Positions 8,466-16,057 of a DNA stretch of 64,000 nt are shown here, one piece after another. The notes beneath the pieces were generated by a model. That model did not search any database. It was not told the origin of the DNA and saw nothing but the letters and a program-made list of their open reading frames with translations. The position numbers and the translations under genes were made by a program. Positions within the stretch are counted from its first letter, which is position 1; each line of letters opens with the position of its first letter. The stretch is from a virus. Its lineage: Duplodnaviria; Caudoviricetes. The stretch is taken from IMG/VR virus record IMGVR_UViG_3300005805_000070, positions 14,857 through 78,856 of that record. One strand, written 5' to 3'.

Positions 8466-8689
8466 CGCCAATTACGTGCAAATAGATCAAAATCAAAACC
8501 AAATTTGTATGCCCAGAAAAGAGCTCCCATTAATCTACCATTACCGAAATGAATTTGAAGATAGGGAAGACCCATAAAATCTGACCAATTTATCACTAAT
8601 TGCAAAAGGGAATATTTTTTCCCTTTAAGGATATAAAAATAAAAATCGTGTCCAAAATCATTTTCATATTTGAATTCAAATAGTTTCAT
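8462..8689 (-). CDS. hypothetical phage protein, 75 aa
   Basis: ORF track. Confidence 0.65.
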   Translation of the reverse strand: MKLFEFKYENDFGHDFYFYILKGKKYSLLQLVINWSDFMGLPYLQIHFGNGRLMGALFWAYKFGFDFDLFARNWR

Positions 8690-8695
8690 AAAACC

Positions 8696-9172
8696 TCACA
8701 TTTCTCCTAGGGTATGAATTACGGGTTTTTCGTGTGCAAGAATTCGGTAAAGGTCTTCGTTTTGTGCTGCTGATATAGGAATAAATTCTGTCTTATCATC
8801 AAATTCATCATCCCGAATAGCCTGGTTAATTACGATAGATCCCTCTTCACCCGACCAAGAACGGTGATATGTTTTCTGAGGAATAACTAGAGCACCAGAG
8901 CTACGATTAAGATGAACAATATGATAAGGATATCTCCATTCGGGATTCACAAGTTCAAATGTGCGGATACCTGAAAGGACACGGTTATGATCAATTTGAT
9001 GATAGTGAATATAAAACTGTTTTGCACCAACAATATCATCAGGGGGAGAAATTGCTGGACCTTCGTGAACTACAAGATCAGATGCATTAGATCCTTCTAC
9101 TGAAATATCATAGAAGATAACTGACTGAGTTTCACGGAATACTCTATGTTTTTTAAAAGTTACTTCGCTCAT
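8696..9172 (-). CDS. RmlC-like cupin protein
   Basis: Cupin motif 1 (HYHQIDHNRVLSG) and motif 2 (LVIPQKTYHRS). Confidence 0.7.
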   Translation of the reverse strand: MSEVTFKKHRVFRETQSVIFYDISVEGSNASDLVVHEGPAISPPDDIVGAKQFYIHYHQIDHNRVLSGIRTFELVNPEWRYPYHIVHLNRSSGALVIPQKTYHRSWSGEEGSIVINQAIRDDEFDDKTEFIPISAAQNEDLYRILAHEKPVIHTLGEM

Positions 9173-9366
9173 CAGTCGTAGGTGTTTTGCTCCTGGTTCA
9201 ATCTATCTATATGAAAATATATTGTAGCATCTGAATATTCAAATTCTTCAAATCTTTGAGGTTTTTTCTCCTTCATTTTAGTTAACATATTGATCCAATC
9301 GTAGCGTTTGTCTACAACCCACCCATAACGACGTTCATCTTGATCTAAATCAAAAATTGTTTTCAT
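9172..9366 (-). CDS. hypothetical phage protein, 64 aa
   Basis: ORF track. Confidence 0.65.
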   Translation of the reverse strand: MKTIFDLDQDERRYGWVVDKRYDWINMLTKMKEKKPQRFEEFEYSDATIYFHIDRLNQEQNTYD

Positions 9367-9884
9367 TTTTCGTTCATTACAATATTACCAGCTAAAGAAA
9401 TTCTCTCATCGGGAAATTTTTGTTCAGGAACAAAATGGTTTAGATGAGATGGGAATAGAATTAGTTTACCCTCCTCTGGTTTTATTTTTAGTTCACTAGT
9501 AACAAAACATAGTGGTGAAGAATCCTCAGAACACTTTGTATAGTAAACAAAAGAATAATATGCGGGAGTATGGTTATGAGGTCTTGCATGATGATTTTTC
9601 CTCATCACAATTCCCCAAAAACAAGAAAACGAAAAAGAGCAAGTAAGATGGTGTGGATTTAAACTGTATAAATTTCTTAAGATCCAATCTTTTAAATTTT
9701 CTATTTCTGGAGAAGTTATACTCCAATCTGTCATTTCTGCTTGAACATTGGTTGAATAATTCTGCTTATCCCCAATACTCAAAACATATTCAGATATTTT
9801 AGAATTTACTTTATGAGCGTAAGGATATTTTGCAATCAAAACTTTGACATCATCAGATCTGATGGTCAATTCATCAATGATCAT
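9363..9884 (-). CDS. putative 2OG-Fe(II) oxygenase (TIGR02466-like)
   Basis: PHNH...SFVYY, LILFPSHLNHFV, ERISLAGNI. Confidence 0.8.
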   Translation of the reverse strand: MIIDELTIRSDDVKVLIAKYPYAHKVNSKISEYVLSIGDKQNYSTNVQAEMTDWSITSPEIENLKDWILRNLYSLNPHHLTCSFSFSCFWGIVMRKNHHARPHNHTPAYYSFVYYTKCSEDSSPLCFVTSELKIKPEEGKLILFPSHLNHFVPEQKFPDERISLAGNIVMNEK

Positions 9885-9900
9885 TTAAAAAAAATTCAGA

Positions 9901-10104
9901 TTAGTAAGACAGGGATTTAATACCATCTAAAACTTCTTGAAATCTTTCTGCACGACTTTTGTGATGATTTACATTTTCTTCAAGAATACCCACAATATCA
10001 TCCAGAATAACGTCTAGAGAAGCATTAGTATCAAAATATTGTTGGATTGCTTCAGCAAGATACCTCCGCCTACTCCATTCCATACTATAAGGTTTGTAAT
10101 CCAT
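9901..10104 (-). CDS. hypothetical phage protein, 67 aa
   Basis: Start corrected to MDYKPYSMEWSRRRYL, directly downstream of the consensus promoter. Confidence 0.7.
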   Translation of the reverse strand: MDYKPYSMEWSRRRYLAEAIQQYFDTNASLDVILDDIVGILEENVNHHKSRAERFQEVLDGIKSLSY

Positions 10105-10126
10105 AATAATGGGTGTATATGGGTGT

Positions 10127-10155
10127 ATTATAGGGTGTTTACTTCTGATTGTCAA
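10127..10155 (-). promoter_or_regulatory. sigma70 consensus early promoter
   Basis: TTGACA-N17-TATAAT exact. Confidence 0.85.
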
Positions 10156-10294
10156 GATCTTGCAAATACTTAATCCACCAATCTGGATCTTTTTGCATCT
10201 GCCATCTGGGAACAGGAAGTCCTTTCTCAAAGTAATATTGCCAGATAGCCTGTTCAATTATTTCCTTTGTCTCAAGAATCTTCGCCTTCTTCAT
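10139..10294 (-). CDS. hypothetical phage protein, about 51 aa
   Basis: Start MKKAKILETKE; 3' end encodes the -35 box of the next promoter. Confidence 0.55.
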   Translation of the reverse strand: MKKAKILETKEIIEQAIWQYYFEKGLPVPRWQMQKDPDWWIKYLQDLDNQK

Positions 10295-10460
10295 CAAGGT
10301 CTCCATATGGGTCTTCCACATAAGGTCCGTGTGGTCGTTTGGCATCCTCTCTGACATAAGTTTGTTCTTCGTTGACGGCAGCAATCCATAAAGATAGTTT
10401 CATCACCAACCATATCGTAACCAAAGGTAAAAAGCAAGCGATCAGGATTAAAGGTTTCAT
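10272..10460 (-). CDS. hypothetical membrane protein, 62 aa
   Basis: N-terminal TM helix, acidic tail. Confidence 0.7.
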   Translation of the reverse strand: MKPLILIACFLPLVTIWLVMKLSLWIAAVNEEQTYVREDAKRPHGPYVEDPYGDLDEEGEDS

Positions 10461-10657
10461 TCATCAACCTCCCAGCACTTTTCGAACTTATCTCTTAACT
10501 CATTCAGTTTCACCTGGTGTTGAAACTCCATAATGTGATCTTTTATTTCCTTCTCCTCTTCTGTAAAGTCCATACGATATTTGAGTTTAGTATCAACAAG
10601 ACGCACCATTTCCATATAGAACTGAGTGCCTTTATGAATAAACTCTTCGTAGGTCAA
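10457..10657 (-). CDS. hypothetical phage protein, 66 aa
   Basis: ORF track; ATGA overlaps. Confidence 0.7.
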   Translation of the reverse strand: MTYEEFIHKGTQFYMEMVRLVDTKLKYRMDFTEEEKEIKDHIMEFQHQVKLNELRDKFEKCWEVDE

Positions 10658-10980
10658 TCTCTCTGCCTCCAGTCATCGGGTTTATCCCTATCTTCCGTCC
10701 ACCAATCAACCATATCATCAACACTATCAAAACCACGCTTACCAAAGCGTTCGTGACCCAGACCACCAATATCAAGTTGGTTTAAAAAATCATCCATATC
10801 TCCTTCTTGCATATCAGGATTCTCTGCGGTCCTTCTTGCCTGACGAAGCATTGTAGCAGCAGAACGATTTGCTTTTGCAAGTTTTTCTGCCCAAATCATA
10901 TCTTCAAGACTGACCTCTTCGTGCAATGCAATCTTGTTGCAAATACCTTCCAAGCGTAAGCGATATTGTGTAGAGAGCAT
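10654..10980 (-). CDS. conserved hypothetical cyanophage-type protein, 108 aa
   Basis: ORF track; GGAG SD upstream. Confidence 0.75.
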   Translation of the reverse strand: MLSTQYRLRLEGICNKIALHEEVSLEDMIWAEKLAKANRSAATMLRQARRTAENPDMQEGDMDDFLNQLDIGGLGHERFGKRGFDSVDDMVDWWTEDRDKPDDWRQRD

Positions 10981-11000
10981 AAACTCCTCCGAGTATGTGA

Positions 11001-11237
11001 TTATTTATTTTTGTCAAAATATTTTTGTAACTCTTTAGCGAGTTTCATAGATCGACGCCACATAAAGTATTTTACCACAGGATTTTTGGGATTGTTAAAA
11101 ATCCACCATTTAATTTTTTCATATTGAAATTTTAGAAATTTAGTTCCATAATGAACCATCTTGGCAACACTATCATCTGTTATGATAAAATATGCTGCTA
11201 CAACAAAAAGAAAAAACCAAAAATAATAGATTTCCAT
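11001..11237 (-). CDS. hypothetical membrane protein, 78 aa
   Basis: N-terminal TM helix. Confidence 0.7.
   Translation of the reverse strand: MEIYYFWFFLFVVAAYFIITDDSVAKMVHYGTKFLKFQYEKIKWWIFNNPKNPVVKYFMWRRSMKLAKELQKYFDKNK
11002..11008 (-). promoter_or_regulatory. T4-type late promoter
   Basis: ATAAATA 22 nt upstream of the 10980 start. Confidence 0.5.
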
Positions 11238-11238
11238 T

Positions 11239-11796
11239 TTAATCCCACCAGTGTTCTAAACATTTAATGGCATGATATAACTGCTCAGAATAGTATGTAT
11301 CGGGATTTTCTATTTCTCTGAGTTCTTCTATGTATTGAATTATGCCTTTTGTAACAGAATTAATCTTGAAATACTCATAAAACTGGAAGCAATCAAACTT
11401 TTCAATATACTTAAACATACTATTCCAGTTCTCTTGATAACCATTTGTATATACATCTTCTCTTTCTAAATTATTTTCATTCACAAATTTGATTGGAATA
11501 TATTTTCTCTTATCTAATTCCTTTTCTTCTTCTGTTCTTCTCTCACTAAGAATTTCTCTGCCAGTATCGGCATCTAACATTCTTAATCCATCTCTATATT
11601 TCTCATAGAGAGAAAGGTCAGTAACGATTTCTGTTTTTTTCCACTCATTACATTCATCCAGAAATCTCTGTTTCATATAAGGATAATCTTCAACATCCCA
11701 AATACGAAAAATAAGATTCAAGTTATAGCAACCATCTTCATGATAAGATTTCCAATGGCGATAGGAAAAATGAGTAATTTCAAAAGACTTATTCAT
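11239..11796 (-). CDS. hypothetical phage protein, 185 aa
   Basis: ORF track. Confidence 0.7.
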   Translation of the reverse strand: MNKSFEITHFSYRHWKSYHEDGCYNLNLIFRIWDVEDYPYMKQRFLDECNEWKKTEIVTDLSLYEKYRDGLRMLDADTGREILSERRTEEEKELDKRKYIPIKFVNENNLEREDVYTNGYQENWNSMFKYIEKFDCFQFYEYFKINSVTKGIIQYIEELREIENPDTYYSEQLYHAIKCLEHWWD

Positions 11797-11963
11797 TAGG
11801 TTCTCCGTAGTCTTTTTAGATATTCTAACACGTTTTCCCTAACTGCCATTAATTCATTATAGCACTTTTGATTATGAGCACATTGCCTCAATTCATTATC
11901 TGGTTTATGAACACTTTCAATAAAAAGATCCAATCCTCTGTTCCATTTTTCATTATCATTCAT
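11796..11963 (-). CDS. hypothetical phage protein, 55 aa
   Basis: Manual translation MNDNEKWNRGLDLFIESVHKPDNELRQCAHNQKCYNELMAVRENVLEYLKRLRRT. Confidence 0.7.
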   Translation of the reverse strand: MNDNEKWNRGLDLFIESVHKPDNELRQCAHNQKCYNELMAVRENVLEYLKRLRRT

Positions 11964-11986
11964 TTTTTTAAGACCTAATTCAAATA

Positions 11987-12214
11987 CTATTTAAAGCCTT
12001 TTTTATCAGTATCTTTTTTCTTACTACTTTTTTTATCCTTAATAATCACAACATTAAGATAATTGGGTATTTGATAATGATCTCTCCAATAACCCATCAA
12101 ATCTTGATAATATTCAAATGTAATGGTCTTACCGTTAAAAAGTTTTAATTCATAGTAATGATTGTCATATGGTTCTAAAGAAGTGTGAGTAAAACTAGGA
12201 ACCTCGTTTGACAT
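11987..12214 (-). CDS. hypothetical phage protein, 75 aa
   Basis: ORF track. Confidence 0.65.
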   Translation of the reverse strand: MSNEVPSFTHTSLEPYDNHYYELKLFNGKTITFEYYQDLMGYWRDHYQIPNYLNVVIIKDKKSSKKKDTDKKGFK

Positions 12215-12455
12215 TTTTCTTTGGATTTTTAGATGTTGATTTTGAAGATTTTATTTCTTTTTGAATATAAGTTTTAGCAGATGCATAGTTGTTTGCGGTA
12301 TGAACTTGCTGCCCATTGTGAATGATTACAAATTTTTTTCCCCAAGGAACTGCTGCCCACATACCATCATTGGTTACATAACCCTGTGGATCTCCTGGTG
12401 TGGGATCAAGAATACCAGGTCGATCGATGAAAGGTTTCTGAAAACGTTCGCTCAT
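12195..12455 (-). CDS. hypothetical phage protein, 86 aa
   Basis: ORF track. Confidence 0.7.
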   Translation of the reverse strand: MSERFQKPFIDRPGILDPTPGDPQGYVTNDGMWAAVPWGKKFVIIHNGQQVHTANNYASAKTYIQKEIKSSKSTSKNPKKNVKRGS

Positions 12456-12595
12456 CCGAATACAGCGGTTACGCCAACAACTTTAGCACTGGGATTACGT
12501 GCCAGAGCGGTCCTCTTAGCATCTTCATAATCACGTGCCTCAACAATTTCGTCAAAAACTTTACCAGCGACGTAGAGTTGAACTTTGCAGCGCAT
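12452..12595 (-). CDS. hypothetical phage protein, 47 aa
   Basis: Manual translation MRCKVQLYVAGKVFDEIVEARDYEDAKRTALARNPSAKVVGVTAVFG; AGGAGG SD. Confidence 0.75.
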   Translation of the reverse strand: MRCKVQLYVAGKVFDEIVEARDYEDAKRTALARNPSAKVVGVTAVFG

Positions 12596-12621
12596 TGGGG
12601 GATTCCTCCTTGTGTGTAAAT

Positions 12622-12650
12622 AGTTTAGCAGAAAAATCAGCGTTTGACAA
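12622..12650 (-). promoter_or_regulatory. sigma70-like promoter
   Basis: TTGTCA-N17-TAAACT. Confidence 0.55.
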
Positions 12651-12656
12651 CGCTGA
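12632..12656 (-). terminator. intrinsic terminator at the helicase stop
   Basis: TCAGCGTT-gtca-AACGCTGA followed by TTTTT. Confidence 0.6.
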
Positions 12657-13866
12657 TGGCGGGTTGCCCCTGGTTGAACACGGTATCCACTACCGCTTGC
12701 ACCTTCTTAGCGGTGCTGATGCCCACAGAAGAGTAGACAGGGATGCAGACCAGTCCAAAGGACTTGGTGTAGTCCTGAAGGGCACCAGGGGCGATCCTGC
12801 CGCTGCTGAGACCCTCTGCGTCGTCCTTGTGCAGGCGGATCACCCGACCGATGGTCTGGGAGATGCCAATGTAATCCATAGACCGCATAAACAGCACTGC
12901 CTCCAAACCAGAAACGTTGATGCCCTCGCTAAGAATGCTGTGATGCAGAACCACAAACTTCTTGTCGTTGTCCTTACCCCAGGCACTCAGAGTGTCAAAG
13001 AACACCTCACGGTTGACCTTCTGCCCATCAATCACGGCACCAGTCTTGGAAGTGATATACATCCAAGAGAACCCACGATCTTCCAGTTGCTGACAGAAAT
13101 CGGTCTGAGAAACCAGAGAAACGATCTGTTTGGTTGCCTTAGAGCAGATGAGAACCTTGCCCACTTCCTGAGCATCGATAGTCTGAATCAGATTCTCACA
13201 GTCAACATCAGCAACGATCTGACCCTTACCAAGCATCTCAAACTTCTGCACCACAACCTTAGGAGGAACAATGAAACCACCATCCACCAGTTCGGGAGCG
13301 GGCACATTGCAGATCACCTGCCCATAAACTTGGGAATCGTTCATCCCAGGTTTGGAAATAGTAGCAGAATGCTTAGGAGTAGCAGTGAAGAAATAGCAGC
13401 GGTCAGCAGTAGAAGCGAAATGCTCGGTGGCAGGGAAGAAATGGCGCTGGACAGAGTTGTGTGCTTCATCAAAGTAAATAGTATCAACGTGAATATCTGC
13501 CTGCTGAAGGCGCTGCAGAGAGTTGTAGGTGGTGAAGATAAGTTGGTGCTTGTAGGCACGACGAGACCAGTTGTAAATCTCAGCAGGTTTCGTGGTGCTT
13601 TGGTGATGAGTCTCACCACTATGAACGTGCAGAACAGCAACGTTAGTGATAAACTCAAGGTACTCAGCAGACAACTGCTCCGCCAGGAGGATTCTTGGAC
13701 AGCACACCACAATGGTCTTTGGGGCATCGGACTGAAACTCACGGAGAGCATCACAAATTCCCACAAGGGTTTTACCCCCACCAGTTGGGATGACCACCTG
13801 ACCTTTCAGGTACTTGGCAAGGGCATCCAGAGCACGTTGTTGGTGAGGTCGAAGTTGAATCATCAT
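12637..13866 (-). CDS. SF2 (DExH) helicase, type III Res-like, 409 aa
   Basis: LRPHQ, IPTGGGKT, FDEAH, TATP, LSEGINV, QTIGRVIR; start corrected to MMIQLRPHQ. Confidence 0.9.
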   Translation of the reverse strand: MMIQLRPHQQRALDALAKYLKGQVVIPTGGGKTLVGICDALREFQSDAPKTIVVCCPRILLAEQLSAEYLEFITNVAVLHVHSGETHHQSTTKPAEIYNWSRRAYKHQLIFTTYNSLQRLQQADIHVDTIYFDEAHNSVQRHFFPATEHFASTADRCYFFTATPKHSATISKPGMNDSQVYGQVICNVPAPELVDGGFIVPPKVVVQKFEMLGKGQIVADVDCENLIQTIDAQEVGKVLICSKATKQIVSLVSQTDFCQQLEDRGFSWMYITSKTGAVIDGQKVNREVFFDTLSAWGKDNDKKFVVLHHSILSEGINVSGLEAVLFMRSMDYIGISQTIGRVIRLHKDDAEGLSSGRIAPGALQDYTKSFGLVCIPVYSSVGISTAKKVQAVVDTVFNQGQPAISVVKR

Positions 13867-13885
13867 CAGGCGTTTCAATACAGAT

Positions 13886-13944
13886 ATTATACAGCAAAAA
13901 ACAAGGGGACCGAAGCCCCCTTGTGCCACTAGAAGAACTGTTCC
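13886..13944 (-). promoter_or_regulatory. early-type promoter with upstream palindrome
   Basis: TATAAT 13886-13891; gtgccacta-gaag-aactgttcc 13923-13944. Confidence 0.6.
13896..13922 (-). terminator. intrinsic terminator with cUUCGg tetraloop
   Basis: AAGGGGGC-TTCG-GTCCCCTT then GTTTTTT, right after the stop of 13929..14330. Confidence 0.8.
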
Positions 13945-14330
13945 ACTCCCACAGGATTTCCAAAGGAGTAATCATATGTAAGTGCATCATGGCAAACATA
14001 ATGTGGATGGTCAAGTGGAATACCAATTCTTTGACACATCTCTTTATGATTATCTTCCATCAACTCAACAGAATAAACCATATTATCAATCACATATTGA
14101 CGATCATGGTATTCGGAAAGTTTATCAATTAATGCAATAACAAAATTTCCAGATCCAGCAGAATTATCAATAAATGTTGAAGATGGATCTCTCAACATAT
14201 GCTCTGATATTTCAGAAACCATTTTTTCACAAAGTTCTGTTGGGGTGAATACTTCTTGAGTTTCTGCGATTCTTTCATCAGAACGTTCAATGTTAGATCC
14301 AACATCTTGATTATGTTTATTTTTACTCAC
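13929..14330 (-). CDS. stand-alone SAM-binding (N-terminal) part of an adenine DNA methyltransferase, 133 aa
   Basis: EVFTP (motif X), FIDNSAGSGNF (I), YSVEL (II), HDAL (III); motif IV degenerate (FGNPVG); no TRD. Confidence 0.8.
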   Translation of the reverse strand: MSKNKHNQDVGSNIERSDERIAETQEVFTPTELCEKMVSEISEHMLRDPSSTFIDNSAGSGNFVIALIDKLSEYHDRQYVIDNMVYSVELMEDNHKEMCQRIGIPLDHPHYVCHDALTYDYSFGNPVGVEQFF

Positions 14331-15099
14331 CTTTGTCCTCCAAGCATTTGATGTAAGTTGTAATCAAATCATTTTTGCCAAAATGATAGCGTCCATTGCA
14401 CTGATTTGCAACTTCCCTAAACCTATCAGCAAATTCTAGAAAATTTTGAATTACTTGAGGGTCACGTACTTTAATAAAATGATGTCCCTTTGCATAATGA
14501 GTGAAATTTTCGGTTTTTACTCTACCACTCGGTCCACAACCATACTCTCCAATAAAAACATCTGCATCAAATCTTTTTTCATAAGCAAGAAATTCAAAAT
14601 CTGGGTGAGATGTGTGCATATGAATTTTTTCACGTTTCTCATCCTTCACAACCCAACGTTGTTTTACTGCATTGATTCCACCAGGAAAAGTTTTAGGATC
14701 ACAGTCTACATCTTCAATGCAATGAAGATTGGGTGAAATTTTATTCAAAGAAGATGGTTTACGCACAGAAGTGGGTAAAACAAATCGAATGTCATCAGTA
14801 AGTTCTGATGTTTTATTCAGAAATTTGATTGCAAGATTTCCACCAACACCATATGGAGGATTGCCAATTGCCAATGTAAAACGCATCTTCTGTTGAATTA
14901 ATAGATCTAGATCTTTTACTATGTTTATTTTAGCATGTTGTTGACGAATTGCATAGATGTGCGCTTCGTTATCTTCCCAAACCCAAATATTTTCTGGTTT
15001 AAATCCTTTTTTAAGGGATCTAAGAATATGTGAACCTACAGGATCACCAACTACAAGAATTTTACTTGTAATAGTTTGGAATGAAATTGTTGATTGCAT
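14323..15099 (-). CDS. adenine DNA methyltransferase-like protein (Eco57I-type motif IV), 258 aa
   Basis: FTLAIGNPPY, FVLP; non-canonical motif I (VVGDPVG). Confidence 0.8.
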   Translation of the reverse strand: MQSTISFQTITSKILVVGDPVGSHILRSLKKGFKPENIWVWEDNEAHIYAIRQQHAKINIVKDLDLLIQQKMRFTLAIGNPPYGVGGNLAIKFLNKTSELTDDIRFVLPTSVRKPSSLNKISPNLHCIEDVDCDPKTFPGGINAVKQRWVVKDEKREKIHMHTSHPDFEFLAYEKRFDADVFIGEYGCGPSGRVKTENFTHYAKGHHFIKVRDPQVIQNFLEFADRFREVANQCNGRYHFGKNDLITTYIKCLEDKGE

Positions 15100-16057
15100 C
15101 CTTTTGCTGTTGGTTCAAACCATAATACTCCATAATGCTATCATCTGTCCATTTCTGATCCAGTGGTGGAAGTGGCACATTCTCAATGTAACGGGAAACA
15201 TTATTACGATTGGTTGCTTTATTCAAAGCAAGAGCAAATCTTGCATACTTTGTCTTCAAATAAGAAACCAAACTATCTCTCTCCTCTTCAGAATTCAATG
15301 AATAGAACTTTCCTTCATTATTTTCCGATGTATAAATGTTGCTGTTGTGATAAAAAAATGTGTAGAAATCGTCAGCAAACAGCTTATTCTCATTGTTAAC
15401 TACTGGATGCCCACAAATAGTGGGGAGATTGAGAGGTACAGAATTTATATTTGATGTTCTAATGGACAGTAAATTTGTTTTGGAAGATTCTGCTCTTATT
15501 AAATCTCTCAATTCATAATTTAGTTCTGTTGGTTCCCAATATCCACTTGGGAAATCCTCAAGAGAATTAATATAGTATGTATTTCCTGTGGTTTTATAAA
15601 AAACCTCAATAGGACCTGTATGATTTTCCTTTGCCTTTGTGATTACAAGAGGTGCCTGGAACTGTGCATTAAAGACAGGATTTCCATTAAAAATAGTAAG
15701 TTTACAAACCCTATTCTTAAGAGATTTTCTTACATCTTTTTCTATCTGTTTTTCAGATCGAGTCAACCATCCAGATGGGTGAATCAGATTAACGTTTTTT
15801 GACCTTTCAAGAGCAATTTGAAGGAATTCAAGATGAAGTTGCCCCTTAAATGGGGGATTTCCTATGGTTAACGTGAAATCCATATCTATATTTTTATAAT
15901 CCTCCACAATATTAATTCTATCATCAATTTGTTTAATTGAATACAGATGAGTTGGATCATTCTCCCAAACGTATATATTCTCTGGATTAAATCCCTTTTG
16001 AATCGATCTAAGAGAATGAATCCCATTTGGATCCCCAAAAATGCAGAGATTAGACAT
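15062..16057 (-). CDS. adenine DNA methyltransferase-like protein with C-terminal TRD, 331 aa
   Basis: FTLTIGNPPF, LIHPSGW; C-terminal SYLKTKYARF...VPLP...WTDDSIMEYYGL; non-canonical motif I (IFGDPNG). Confidence 0.8.
   Translation of the reverse strand: MSNLCIFGDPNGIHSLRSIQKGFNPENIYVWENDPTHLYSIKQIDDRINIVEDYKNIDMDFTLTIGNPPFKGQLHLEFLQIALERSKNVNLIHPSGWLTRSEKQIEKDVRKSLKNRVCKLTIFNGNPVFNAQFQAPLVITKAKENHTGPIEVFYKTTGNTYYINSLEDFPSGYWEPTELNYELRDLIRAESSKTNLLSIRTSNINSVPLNLPTICGHPVVNNENKLFADDFYTFFYHNSNIYTSENNEGKFYSLNSEEERDSLVSYLKTKYARFALALNKATNRNNVSRYIENVPLPPLDQKWTDDSIMEYYGLNQQQKDAINNFIPNYYK

Noticed and set aside
339-12530. Numerous + strand ORFs of 60-136 aa in the early region
   Set aside because: They overlap a gap-free, translationally coupled minus-strand gene array and have shadow-like composition.
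12535-13932. 465-aa + strand ORF antisense to the helicase
   Set aside because: Exact antiparallel shadow caused by absence of TTA/CTA/TCA codons; no motifs, promoter or RBS.
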